DNA of 64,000 bases from Hemiscyllium ocellatum. Lineage: Eukaryota. Positions 1 through 12,740 of this stretch are shown here, one piece after another; within the stretch, counting starts at the first letter, position 1; every line of letters begins with the position of its first letter. The translations under genes were made by a program, and so were the position numbers. Under the pieces are notes generated by a model. It was not told the origin of the DNA. It saw nothing but the letters and a program-made list of their open reading frames with translations, and ran no database searches. The DNA lies in NCBI RefSeq assembly GCF_020745735.1, contig NW_026867602.1, positions 682,001 through 746,000 on the forward strand, written 5' to 3'.

Positions 1-3000
1 TACTGCGCAGTAATATAACCCCCGCTCTCCCGTACCCTGTGTTACTGCCCAGTAATATAACCCCCCGCTCTACCGTACACTGGATTACTGTCCAGTAATA
101 TATACACCTGCTCTCCCGTACCCTGGGTTACTGTCCAGTAATATAACCCCCGGCTCTCCCGTACCCTGCGTTACTGCCCAGTAATATTACCCACACGCTC
201 TCCCATACCCTGGGTCACTGTCCAGTAATATAACCACCACTCTCCCGTACCCAGGATTACTACCCAGTAATATAACCCCAGCTCTCCCGTACCCTGGATT
301 ACTGTCCAGTAACAAAAACCCCCGCTCTCCCGTTACCCTGGGTTACTGCCCAGTAATATAACCCCCCGCTCTCCCGTACCCTGGGTTACTGTCCAGTAAC
401 AAAAACCCCCGCTCTCCCGTTACCCTGGGTTACTGCCCAGTAATATAACCCCAAGCTCTCCCATACCCTGGATTACTGTCCAGTAATATAACCCCTAGAT
501 CTTCCATACCCTGGATTACTGTCCAGTAATATAACCCCCCGCTCTCCCGTACCCTGGATTACTGTCCAGTAATATATGCACCCGCTCTACCTTACCCTGG
601 GTTACTGTCCAGTAATATAACACCCCGCTCTCCCGTACCCTGGGTTACTGCCCAGTAATATAACCTCCCGCTCTCCCGTAACCTCTATTACTGTCCAGTA
701 ATATAACCCCAGCTCTCCCATACCCTGGGTTACTGGCCAGTAATATAACCCCCCGCTCTCCCGTGCCCTGGGTTACTGTCCAGTAATATAACCCCCCGCT
801 CTCCCGTACCCTGGGTTACTGTCCAGTATTATAACCCCCGCTCTCCTGTACCCTGGGTTACTGTCCAGTAATATAACCCCCAGCTCTACCGTACCCTGTA
901 TTACTGTCCAGTAATATAACCCCAGCTCTCCCATACCCTGGGTTACTGCCCAGTAATATAACACCCCGCTATACCATACACTGGGTTACTGTCCAGTAAT
1001 ATAACCCCCCCGCTCTCCCGTACCCTGGGTTACTCCCCAGTAATATAACCCCCGCTCTCCCGTACCCTGGATTACTGCCCAGTAATATAACCCCAAGGTC
1101 TCCCATACCCTGGGTTACTGTCCAGTAATATAACCCCCCGCTCTCCCGTACCCGGGGTTACTGTCCAGTAATATAACCCCCCGCTCTCCCATACCCTGGG
1201 TTACTGCCCAGTAATATAACCCCCCGCTCTCCCGTACCCTGGGTTACTGCCCAGTAATATAACCCCCCGCTCTCCCGTACCCTGGGTTACTGTCCAGTAT
1301 TATAACCCCCGCTCTCCTGTACCCTGGGTTACTGCCCAGTAATAAAACCCCCCGCTCTACCGTACACTGGGTTACTGTCCAGTAATATAACCCCCCGCTC
1401 TACCATACCCTGGGTTACTCCCCAGTAATATAACCCCCGCTCTCCCGTACCCTGGATTACTGCCCAGTAATATAACCCCCCGCTCTCCCGTACCCTGGGT
1501 TACTGCCCAGTAATATAACCCCCCCTGCTCTCCTGTACCCTGGGTTACTGTCCAGTAATATAACCCCCCCGCTCTCCCGTACCCTCGGTTACTGTCCAGT
1601 AATATAACCCCCGCTTTCCCGTACACTGGGTTACTGCCCAGTAATATAACCACCCGCTCTCCCGTACCCTGGGTTACTGTCGAGTAATATAACCCCCCCG
1701 CTCTCCCGTACCCTGGGTTACTGCCCAGTAATATAACCCCGCTCTCCCGTACCCTGGGTTGCTGTCGAGTAATATAATCCCCCGCTCTCCCGTATCCTGG
1801 GTTACTGCCCAGTAATATAACCCCCGCTCTCCCATACCCTGGGTTACTGCCCAGTAATATAACCACCCGCTCTCCCATACCCTGGATTACTGTCCAGTAA
1901 TATAACCCCCGCTCTCCCATACCCTGGGTTACTGTCCAGTAATATAACCCCCCCGCTCTCCTGTACCCTGGGTTACTGTCCAGTAATATAACCGCCCCCG
2001 CTCTCCTGTACCCTGGGTTACAGCCCAGTAATATAACCCCCGCTCTCCTGTACCCTGGATTACTGCCCAGTAATATAACCCCCTGCTCTCCCGTACCCTG
2101 GGTTACTGCCCAGTAATATAACCCCCTGCTCTCCCGTACCCTGGGTTACTGCCCAGTAATATAAACCCCGCTCTCCTGTACCCTGGGTTACTGCCCAGTA
2201 ATATAAACCCCGCTCTCCCGTACCCTGTGTTACTGCCCAGTAATATAAACCCCGCTCTCCTGTACCCTGGGTTACTGCCCAGTAATATAACCCCCGCTCT
2301 CCCGTACCCTGGATTACTGCCCAGTAATATAACCCCCGCTCTCCCGTACCCTGGGTTACTGCCCAGTAATATAACCCCCTGCTCTCCCGTACCCTGGGTT
2401 ACTGTCCAGTAATATAACCCCCCGCTCTCCCGTACCCTGGGTTACTGCCCAGTAATATAACCCCCCGCTCTCCCGTACCCTGGGTTACTGTCCAGTAATA
2501 TAACCCCCACTCTCTTGTACCCTGGGTTAATGTCCAGTAATATAAACCCCGCTCTCCTGTACCCTGGGTTACTGCCCAGTAATATAACCCCCGCTCTCCC
2601 GTACCCTGGATTACTGCCCAGTAATATAAACCCCGCTCCTGTACCCTGGATTACTGTCCAGTAATATAACCCCCCGCTCTCCCGTACCCTGGGTTACTGT
2701 CCAGTAATATAACCCCCACTCTCTTGTACCCTGGGTTACTGTCCAGTAATATAAACCCCGCTCTCCTGTACCCTGGGTTACTGCCCAGTAATATAACCCC
2801 CGCTCTCCCGTACCCTGGATTACTGCCCAGTAATATAAACCCCGCTCTCCTGTACCCTGGGTTACTGCCCAGTAATATAACCCCCACTCTCTTGTACCCT
2901 GGGTTACTGTCCAGTAATATAACCCCTGCTCTCCCTTTCCCTGGTTTACTGCCCAGTAATATAACCCCCCCGCTCTCCCGTACCCTGGGTTGCTGTCCAG

Positions 3001-3234
3001 TAATATAACCCCTAGATCTTCCATACCCTGGATTACTGTCCAGTAATATAACCCCCCGCTCTCCCGTACCCTGGGTTACTGCCCAGTAATATACCCCCCC
3101 GCTCTCCCGTACCCTGGGTTACTGCCCAGTAATATAACCCCCGCTCTCCCGTACCATGGATTACTGTCCAGTAATATATACACCCGCTCTACCTTACCCT
3201 GGGTTACTGTCCAGTAATATAACCCTCCGCACTC
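1..3234. repeat. ~41-bp minisatellite array, truncated by window start and a 500-N gap
   Basis: Unit GGGTTACTG(T/C)CCAGTAATATAACCCCCCGCTCTCCCGTACCCT; explains all ORFs at 773-3200. Confidence 0.95.
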
Positions 3235-3869
3235 NNNNNNNNNNNNNNNNNNNNNNNNNNNNNNNNNNNNNNNNNNNNNNNNNNNNNNNNNNNNNNNNNN
3301 NNNNNNNNNNNNNNNNNNNNNNNNNNNNNNNNNNNNNNNNNNNNNNNNNNNNNNNNNNNNNNNNNNNNNNNNNNNNNNNNNNNNNNNNNNNNNNNNNNNN
3401 NNNNNNNNNNNNNNNNNNNNNNNNNNNNNNNNNNNNNNNNNNNNNNNNNNNNNNNNNNNNNNNNNNNNNNNNNNNNNNNNNNNNNNNNNNNNNNNNNNNN
3501 NNNNNNNNNNNNNNNNNNNNNNNNNNNNNNNNNNNNNNNNNNNNNNNNNNNNNNNNNNNNNNNNNNNNNNNNNNNNNNNNNNNNNNNNNNNNNNNNNNNN
3601 NNNNNNNNNNNNNNNNNNNNNNNNNNNNNNNNNNNNNNNNNNNNNNNNNNNNNNNNNNNNNNNNNNNNNNNNNNNNNNNNNNNNNNNNNNNNNNNNNNNN
3701 NNNNNNNNNNNNNNNNNNNNNNNNNNNNNNNNNNCCCCATCCTCATCCCCCTCCCCATCCTCATCTCCCTCCCCCATCCTCCCCCCCTCCATGGTGACCC
3801 CTCAACCTCCCCTGCTCCAGGGAAAGGAGTCCCAGCCTATCCAGCCTTTCTTTATAAGTCTTCGAGTAA

Positions 3870-4089
3870 AAAGTGAGGTCTGCAGATGCTGGAGATCAGA
3901 GCTGAAAATATGTTGCTGGTTAAAGCACAACAGGTCAGGCAGCATCCAAGGAACAGGAAATTCGATGTTTCAGGCTTAAGCCCTTCATCAGGAATTCCTG
4001 ATGAAGGGCTTATGCCCGAAACGTCGAATCTCCTGTTCATTGGATGCTGCCTGACCTGCTGTGCTTTAACCAGCAACACATTTTCAGCC
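3870..4089. mobile_element. Penelope-like terminal-repeat foldback with hammerhead ribozyme cores
   Basis: Inverted pair of the GATGCTGCCTGACCTGCTGTGC element around a perfect 36-bp palindrome (3977-4012). Confidence 0.7.
3989..4035 (+). ncRNA. Type I minimal hammerhead ribozyme motif (Penelope-associated)
   Basis: CAGGAATTC-CTGATGA-A-GGGC-TTAT-GCCC-GAAA-CGTC-GAATCTCCTG: intact core, stem II, and a 9-bp stem I with one bulge. Confidence 0.7.
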
Positions 4090-5517
4090 TTTCTTTATAA
4101 CTCAAGCCGTCCATTCCCAGCAACATCCTGGTGCTGTAAACCTCTCCTGAACCCTCTCCAGCTTCAATCATATCCTTCGTATAACTGTGCGACAGGAACT
4201 GGACACAGTATTGCAGGCGGGACCTCGCCAACATCCTGTACAACCCCAACATGACATCCTAACGCCTTCACTCGAAGCTCTGAGCGATGAAGGCATGCGT
4301 GCTGAATGCCACCTTCACAATCGGCGTTAGATTGATTTGCCAAGTTACGTGTGTGTGCCTCCTACCTTTAACCAACACCCAGTACTCCCCTGGTCTTTAC
4401 TTTGCTCACAAACAATACTCCCTTTCAGTCTCTCCTTCGGTTCACTTACATAATGAATGAGCTACGAACACACTTGTTAAAAACATAACTTTATTGGGTA
4501 TAACTGACAGAGGGAGCAGTGTGGGTTTATGAACCTGTGAGAAACTTTACAGAAGGGTGCGAGAACCTTTCCCTCTGTTATGAATAGACCCCATCTTAAC
4601 CAAAACAGCACCCATAACAGAGCAGCACTCCCTCAGCGCTGTTCCCAACTGTGTTTACATTTGGAAATCCTGCACACTGTCAAACTCACAGCGTTTTTAC
4701 TTGACTTTATGTTAAAAGTTGTGGATGGATCTGGGAAGGATGAGCTAGAGGATTGTTTTAAAAACTGGGAACTGTGGAAAGAATGGCTACATTTTCAAAA
4801 TAGCAGATTCCCCTCATGGTAAGTGCTGTTTACACAGCTGCTCTTCAGGCACTGGGGAGAGGTTACCACAGCCAAGCTGGGCTCAGGGATGTGCACAAGG
4901 GAGATTCACCCAGCAACAAGTAGCTGATTGGTCTGTGGAATGATGATTGAAGGCTTCCTGCCTGCCAACAGCTATGTGATTGGCTCTTAGTTCAGCTTGT
5001 GGAAGTGAACGATATAGCCAGAAGGCTCTGGAGTTCCAGAGAGGGAGGTGCTACCTCTTTCACACTCTCTTTCTTCCCTCTCACTCCCTCTCTTTCTCCC
5101 TGTATCTCTCTTTCTTGCTGTAAGTTGATAGACTTTCTAAGATGTGAACCAGTCACTCAGTGCCTCTTGTGAACAAGTGAAGATCCCCAGAGAGGGGAGA
5201 TCGAGACAGACCAAGGCATGACAAAAAAAGGAGCAGATTGGTGAATGCTGGGGACTGCATCCAACGAACTGCCAACCACTGTCTTTCCCTCCACCCATGT
5301 TTTCTCTCTGTGTCTGTCTATCAGTGTGGGGGCATCAAGGGTGTTTATAAGGACTTTTGGAATCGAGTTGTGTGTCTAATGGTTCAAGGGAGAATTGTGT
5401 GAACACTGTGAAATCTTTAACAGCCACGGTGCTAATCCCACCACCACCTGCCACCCCCCACCCACAAATCGGTGAGTTCCTGCTGTCACTCGGAATCCAT
5501 TGGCGATAACCGGGAGG

Positions 5518-8500
5518 TCAGGCATGGGTTTTGGTTAAATCATCAGCTGTAAAGGGAGAGGGGAGAGATTAGATTCATTCATTGGGAAACTCTCCTTCCT
5601 ATCCCCTCCCCTCTCCGTCCAGAGAGTGAAAGCAATTCCCAGAATCACATTCCAAGATTCCTAATGGTCCTATTCCCAGTGGGGCCTCCCGTTCCCAGAT
5701 TCCCCATCGTGCCTCCCATTCCCAGATTCCGGAGCGTCCTGTTCCCAGATTCCTAGTGGGACCTCCCATTCCCAGATTCCCAAGGTTCTTGTTCCCAGAT
5801 TCCCAGTGGGGTCTCCTGTTCCCTGATTCCCGAGGGTCCTGTTCCCAGAATCCTAGTGGGACCTCCCATTCCCCGATTCCCGATGGGTCTCCCATTCCCA
5901 GATTCCCAAGGTTCTTGTTCCCAGATTCCCGGTGGGGTCTCCTGTTCCCAGATTCCCGAGGTTCCTGTTCCCAGATTTTCGGTGGGACCTCCCATTCCCA
6001 GATTCCTGGTGGTGCCTCCCGTTCCCAGATTCCCTAAGCTACTGTTCCCAGATTCCAGGTGGAGCCTCCCGTTCCCAGATTCCCAGGGGGAGAGCTCCTG
6101 TTCCCAGATTCCTGGGGAGGTCCCATTCCCAGATTCCCTAGGGTACAGTTCCCAGATTTCCGATAGGGCCTGCCGTTCTCAGATTCCCGGTGGGGCCTCG
6201 CATTCACCGATTTCCAAGGTTCTTGTTCCCAGATTCCTGGTGGGCCTCCTATTCCCAGATTCCATAAGGCCCCGTTCCCAGATTCCTGGGGAGGGTCCCA
6301 TTCCCAGATTCCTGGCGGGGACTCCCATTCCCAGATTCCTGGGGGGGACTCCCGTTCCCAGATTCCCGGTGGAGCCTCCCGTTCCCTGATTCCAAGGGGG
6401 AGGGTCTCGTTCCCAGATTCCCAGTGGAGCCTCCCATTCCCAGATTTCCAAAGTCCCCATTCCCAGATTCCTGAGGGTCTTGTTCCAGGATCCCACTGGA
6501 GCTTCCCGTTCCCAGATTCCCGAGGGTCCTGTTCCCAGATTCCCAGCCTCTCTGTTACCTGATGTGGTGCTGGTATTTGAACTGGCTGAGCTGTCTGATC
6601 TGATGCTGCTGTTACACAGATTGGAACGACACAGCGTTCCTTCCCGCTTGGTGAACTTTGCTGGATGGGAGAGAGGAAACCACAACGTGAGAATCTCCAT
6701 CGTATTCCCAAACAGCTCCCCACCCTCACACCTCCCCGTCCCCCCAGAATAACGATCCGAATTCAGACCAAACGGTTTGTGATGTAAGGACGGTGTCTCT
6801 CACCTGTTGGGTTAACACAGACTCGGGAACAACCTGCCGGGGAGACCGAGAAGGGAAACCGTTTCAGTACAAGCTCAGGCTCCCTCCCTCCCTCCCTCCA
6901 CCCCCTCACCCTCACCGCTGCAAACAAAGCCTCCCAGCTACCAGTCAGTTCCACCTGGGATTGCTCTCACTCCCTCTGTCACCACTTCCCACCCTTTCTC
7001 CCAGTGNNNNNNNNNNNNNNNNNNNNNNNNNNNNNNNNNNNNNNNNNNNNNNNNNNNNNNNNNNNNNNNNNNNNNNNNNNNNNNNNNNNNNNNNNNNNNN
7101 NNNNNNNNNNNNNNNNNNNNNNNNNNNNNNNNNNCCTTCACATCTCTTCCTTTACTGATGTGAGTGTGTCTCTCTCCCTCTGCCTCTTTTCTCCCTCTCT
7201 CTATTTCCATCTCCTCCGTCTCTCTCTCTCTCTCTCTCTCACACACATTGCTCCCTTTTCCCTTCTATCTCACACGTCTCCCTCCCTCCCCCATTCTCTG
7301 TCTCTCATTCTCTTTCTCTTAGTCTTTCTCATTCATACATTCTCTCTCTTTCCCTCATTCACTGTTTTTTCTCTCTCTCTCTCCCCCAGTGTCTCCCTCA
7401 CACACATTTGCTCTCTCCCAGTCTCTCTCTCCTCTTTCATTTCACTGACACATTCTCTCTCTCTCTCTCCTTCACAACTCTTCCTCGGTCACTCTCTCTC
7501 TCTTTATGTGTATTCCTTGGTCTCCCTCTCTCCATTTTCCTGTCCCATCTCTCTCTCGTTCTCTCCTTCCTCACCATCTCTCCCTCCCATTCTGTCCTAG
7601 TCTCTCCCCCTCCTCACTGTATTCCCTCTCCCTCTCTCTCTCTCCCAGTCTCTCTCCCACTCTCTCTCTCTCCCCCCTCCTGCCCCAAGGCTCCTGGATC
7701 CCCAGGGAACGTCTTGCATGTCCTTACGGTGGAAGAGGTGGCAGTAGAGAATGGTAGTGACCAGTGCGAAGCTCAATCCCAGGAGTCCCAGCACTGCCCC
7801 GATGATGGTCAATGCAGTTTCACTTGTGATGGTCCAGGCGTGTTCTGAGGAGGGGGTCAGTCAGAGAGAGGGGGGGGGGGGAAAGGGGGTAGAATTTAAT
7901 TTGTGTTTGTAGCAGTGATACCTGCACAGGAACCCCTACCCCCAACATCTCCCCCCCCCACCACCCACAACAACTCTCATGGGAGTGTCACTGGGACACA
8001 GACATCCCCCTCCAGGCTAATACCCTGGGGTTACAGGTTCAAACCCTACCCTGGCAGGTTGGGGAGGGGGGCTTTAAGTCAATGAAATCAACACACACAG
8101 CCCTCCTTCGAGACCCTAGATTGTGGTTAAAATCCCCGTCCGGTTCGCCAATGCCCTTTAGAGACGGGACCTGCTGCTACACGTGACTCCAGGCCCACTG
8201 CCAGGTGCTTGCCTCTTAACTGCCCCCTCGGAGACTCTCGGGGGGGGGTGGGGGTCAGGCAACGAACACTGGCCTTCCCGTTAATGCCCTACGATGGAGT
8301 GATTGAGTGTGTAAATATTTGGATCGTGTGGGGATTTGGCACAGTGTGGGCAATAGTCCTGTTTGTGGGAGGGGAGGAGGGCGGCTGTGGGGGTGGTGGG
8401 AAACGGTGCTGCCATTTCCACGGGACCTTACCGAGCGGGACGAGGAGTTTCCCGTTGAGGGCCTGGTGTTCCACTTGACAGAAATAGGAGCCATCCACCT

Positions 8501-11500
8501 GCCCACTCAGCGTGAGGTGACTCCGGGCCTGGAACATCTGGTTCCTCTGAGGGACGACGCTGACTGTCTCCCGGCCGTCGGTGATAACTGCTCCGTCTCT
8601 CACCCAGCTCACTTTAACCTCGGCGGGGGCGAAATTCCTCACCTCGCACAGCAGGACCCTCTGACCCTGCCTCTCCTCGATAAAGGCTCTGACAGACGTG
8701 GGAGCTGTGGGCCCAGTAAAGGGACAGGGTCAAAGGTTAGGGTCAGCACTGGGCGAGTGTCATCAGAACCTTCAGTGCCTCACATCGCGATGCCCAAACA
8801 GTCGCAGAGCTGCCCTTGCCCCTCCTCAGACCTCAGGACCCTGTCCACCTCCACCTCTCTACAGGCATCCTCAGCCTGTACTGCTGTGTGTCCTTTTCCG
8901 ACTGTATCCGGTCAGTCAGAGAGCAAGTGTTTTTACTCACAACCTTGGGTTGGTTTAGGAATTGCTATTAATTATAAAACATGGTCAGTTAGAGGTTCAT
9001 TGTTATCAGTAACAGATTAGGATCTTTGACCCAGTTACATGGACAGAGCTGACCTGAGCATTCCTAATGAACCCATGCATAGGAAGGGCAGGGAGGGAGT
9101 GATGAAGGATGGGGTTAGTTTGTCGGAGAGGAAGGAGGGGTTTAACACTATCTCCATGTACCCATCCTCCCGCTCTGATCCCACATCCCAATCTTTGTTG
9201 GAACCATCCTCCCGCTCTGATCCCACATCCCAATCTTTGTTGGAACCACCCTCCCGCCCTGATCACACATCCCAATCTTTGTTGGAACCCACCTCCCGCT
9301 CTGATCCCACATCCCAATCTTTGTTGGAACCCACCTCCCGCTCTGATCCCACATCCCAATCTTTGTTGGAACCCACCTCCCGCTCTGATCCCACATCCCA
9401 ATCTTTGTTGGAACCCACCTCCCGCTCTGATCCCACATCCCAATCTTTGTTGGAATCCACCTCCCGCCCTGATCCCACATCCCAATCTTTGTTGGAACCC
9501 ACCTCCCGCTCTGATCCCACATCCCAATCTTTGTTGGAGATTGAGTTTCTCGCTCCCTCCCCCCGCTCTATGGGAAGTATAAACACCAAGTTCCTACCTA
9601 TTTCCTGCTGGCTGAAGTGCGTTAAGGTCGCAGTTTCCTTAATTTTCTCACACAAACTGCCGATCTGCTGAGGGACAGACCGAACAAAGTCCTGGTTCGC
9701 GTTCCTCCCATCGGCCAGGCCTTGAGCAAAAGGCTGCGTTGCTACGAAGGCCTTCCTTGTCAGGTTGAAGTACATTATAGTATCTCCGTCGTAGGCATCT
9801 TCCCAGGATATGACAGGCTCCTGGCCCTGATAGATACAGTCGCAATGCACATGCAGAATGTGGAGATCTGCAAAAGGAACACAGCGACAGGCGGTCAGGG
9901 AGGATAAAGACGGGATGTGTCGGTCAGTTGTGGTTTATTGTGGTCAGTGAGAAGGCTGAACCCTGGCATTGCCAATCCCAGGCCCGTTGGAGGTTAATTG
10001 GCATTTCTCTTGGTGAAGAGTCCGCATGAATGTCATTGCTTCAGTGACAACTCCAGGTCAGGTAGAACGCAAGTGCTTTCAGTCACCGCTTCAGGTCAGT
10101 TGAAGGATAATTGCTTTTAATGATGGTTTAGGCTCGACCCCACAACTCAGGGTCAGTCACCGTCTAACGCTGTTGGTCAACATTTTGAGCTAGTTCAGGA
10201 CTGGGTCAGAACACAGGGCCCGTTCTAATCTAATTGTGATTAGTCAGAGTTGGAGGGACCATTAGAGGTTAATATTTATCATCTCAGCGATGGGTCCCTT
10301 AAAGTTTCATTGTGTGTCATCATGGCTTCAGGTATGTTAGATACACCCTCTGTCAGTCAGAACAGAGACAGAGGGTGTAGGGGGCTGGAGGAGGGGACAG
10401 AGATTGGGAGGGGGTAGGGGCTGGAGGAGGGGATAGGGAGGGGGTGTAGGGGCTGGACGAGGTGACAGGGATAGGGAGGGGGTGTAGGGACTGGAGGAGG
10501 GGACGGGGATAGGGAGGGGATGTAGGGGCTGGAGGAGGGGACGGAGATAGGGAGGGGGTATAAGGGGCTGGAGGAAGGGATAGGGAGGGGGTGTAGGGGC
10601 TGGTGGAGGGGACGGAGATAGGGAGTGGATGTAGAGGCTGGAGGAGGGGACGGAGATAGGGAGGGGGTGTAAGGGCTGGAGGAGGGGACAGAGATAGGGA
10701 GGGGGTGTAGGGGCTGGAGTTGGAGATAGGGAGGGGGTGTAGGGGCCGGAGGAGGGGACGGAGATAGGGAGGGGGTGTAGGGGCTGGAGGAGGGGACGGA
10801 GATAGGGAGGGGGTGTAGGGGCTGGAGGAGGGGACGGAGATAGGGAGGGGGTTTAGGGGCTGGAGGAGGGGACGGAGATAGGGAGGGGGTGTAGGGGCTG
10901 GAGGAGGGGACGGAGATAGGGAGGGGGTTTAGGGGCTGGAGGAGGGGACGGAGATAGGGAGGGGGTGTAGGGGATGGAGATAGGGAGGGGGTGTAGGGGC
11001 TGGAGGAGGGGACAGGGATAGGGAGGGGGCGTAGGGGACTGGAGGAGGGGATGGAGATAGAGAGGGGGGTAGGGGCTGCAGGAGGTGACAGGGATAGGGA
11101 AGAGGCTTAGGGGCCTGGGGGAGGGGGCGGAGATAGGGAGGGGGGTAGGGGCTGGAGGAGAGGATAGGGATGAGGTGTAGGGGCTGGAGGAGGTGACAGA
11201 GATAGGGAGGGGGTGTAGGTGCTGGATGGGGTGAGAAAGGGTCTGTTTCTGTGCTGTGTGAGTAGGGACCATCCATTTAAGGTGATGGGGGAGATTGCGA
11301 AGGAGGTGGAAGGGGCATGTGTTTAATACAGAGAGTGATAGGAGTCTGGAAGGTGCTGCCAGGGTCAGGTGTTGGAAGGACTTCTAGATAAGCACATGAA
11401 TATGGAAGGACAAGGAGAAGGGATTAGCTTAATTTATAGCACTGAAACAGACCCTTCGGCCCAACATGTCCATGCTGACCAGACATCCGAAATCAATTTA

Positions 11501-11932
11501 TTCCCATTTTCCAGCAGTGGGCCCATATCCCTCTCCCTCTGCCTAAACCCATCCAACTGCCTTGGGAATGTTGTCATTGTACCAGCCTCTGCCACTTCCT
11601 CTGGCAGCTCATTCCATAACACGTGCCACCCTCTGCCCCCTTTCCCCTCTCACCTCATACCTCAGCCTCTTTCATTTTGGACTTCCCTGCCCTGGGGAGG
11701 AAGACCCTGGCTATTTACCCCGTGGCTTTACATTTGGAACAACGCGGGCCCGAAGGGGGGGCTGTCCCACGTTCTCGATCTGCCCCCCTCCTCCTCCTCT
11801 CTCAAGGTGGGAGGTTCAGCTGAGGGAGCACCTACAGCCCCCCCTGCCCCGGTACTTACCCGTCGAGCTGCCCACCCTGTCCAGGACTGAAGCCACAGCA
11901 GCCAGCAGTGCCCATTTGTATGGACCCAGCAT
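5518..11932 (-). CDS. WB: MHC W-category-like beta chain (WB-1), 7 exons, ~298 aa
   Basis: Exons (minus strand, all GT-AG, phase 1): leader 11932-11860 MLGPYKWALLAAVASVLDRVGSST; beta1 9867-9598 DLHILHVHCDCIY...AYDGDTIMYF...SLCEKIK; beta2 Ig 8704-8432 APTSVRAF...VLLCEVRNFAP...SWVRDG...VVPQRNQMFQ...YFCQVEH; TM 7844-7728 IIGAVLGLLGLSFALVTTILYC; tail 6833-6804, 6660-6559, 5546-5518 (ADDLTKTHA*). AATAAA on minus at ~4490-4495. Family call rests on AYDG, Pro at the class I P235 position and absence of the class II beta2 'NGDW' Trp. Confidence 0.82.
5625..6548. repeat. ~21-bp minisatellite (TTCCCAGATTCC core) in the last intron of WB-1
   Basis: Tandem CCC(A/G)TTCCCAGATTCC units; short reverse-complement copy at ~30280-30400. 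Confidence 0.9.
6495..8950 (-). repeat. Segmental inverted duplication, copy 1 (partner ~27862-30330)
   Basis: Reverse complement matches 27862-30330 with only scattered SNPs and homopolymer indels; covers beta2, TM and two tail exons. Confidence 0.92.
9165..9538. repeat. 39-bp minisatellite in WB-1 intron 2
   Basis: Unit CCTCCCGCTCTGATCCCACATCCCAATCTTTGTTGGAAC(C/CCA), ~9 copies. Confidence 0.92.
10378..11220. repeat. ~34-bp G-rich minisatellite in WB-1 intron 1
   Basis: Unit GGGGCTGGAGGAGGGGACGGAGATAGGGAGGGGGTGTA. Confidence 0.9.
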
Positions 11933-12740
11933 CTCGAGCGACAGCTTCCTCCAGGTGAGACTGACTGAAGGGAGCATTCCTGAGCCGCAGGTACATCTAT
12001 CAGAATCTCCACCCACTCATCCGCAGGCATGCTGAAAGTCTCTCTCTCTCTCTCTCTCTCTCCCCTCCCTGCGATGAATCTTGATTCAACCCTTCCTCCT
12101 CCCCACCACCAGTCCGAATCTCTGCCCGATCCTCCCCTCTTGACCTTCTCGCTCCGACTCGCCTCTTTCTCACTCTCTGCGCCGATGGTGTCCATTTGAC
12201 CAGGCAGAGGACTACCGATCCCCTCACAACCTATCATTCCCCCCCACCCAAGCTCTCCCAGATCCCAACCCCCTGCCATTCCCTCTCCAGCATGTCACCA
12301 GTCCATGACTCACCCCCCTTTTGACTGTCACCAATGGGAAAGGGCTGTCTCCCTCTGCAGCCCCCACTCCCAGATTCCCCTCAGTCATATCCCCTTCCCC
12401 CGTGTCTCTGAGATCCCCCATCCCTCCTTATGCTGACGTTAATGCTTTGCCGAATTCCTCTCGTGGTTTGAAATGTGCTTTATTTCCTGCAGGACCTGTT
12501 TATCTGGGACGGTAGCCAAGTGTTGGGTGACAGTAATTAAAGGTGTAAAGTTAACCAGGGTTGGGAAATGAGTGTGCTGATGGAAACCGAGGGGGGGGGT
12601 GTTGGTGCTGAGATCCAGTTACAACGCTGAATCACAGCGTCAGTGAAGCTTGGAGCTCATTGATCTGTCTCTGGGTGACTCCCTGATTGTCATCGCACCG
12701 TGGGAGAGAGAGAGAGACCCACACAACACACACATCCACC
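11933..12740. promoter_or_regulatory. Putative bidirectional promoter between WB-1 and WA-1
   Basis: 808 bp between divergent ATGs, no transposon visible; contains TGACTCA (12306-12312), CCAAT (12331-12335) and TGACGT (~12434). Confidence 0.6.

Noticed and set aside
1-3234. CRISPR array
   Set aside because: Eukaryotic context, contiguous tandem units, no unique spacers and no cas genes.
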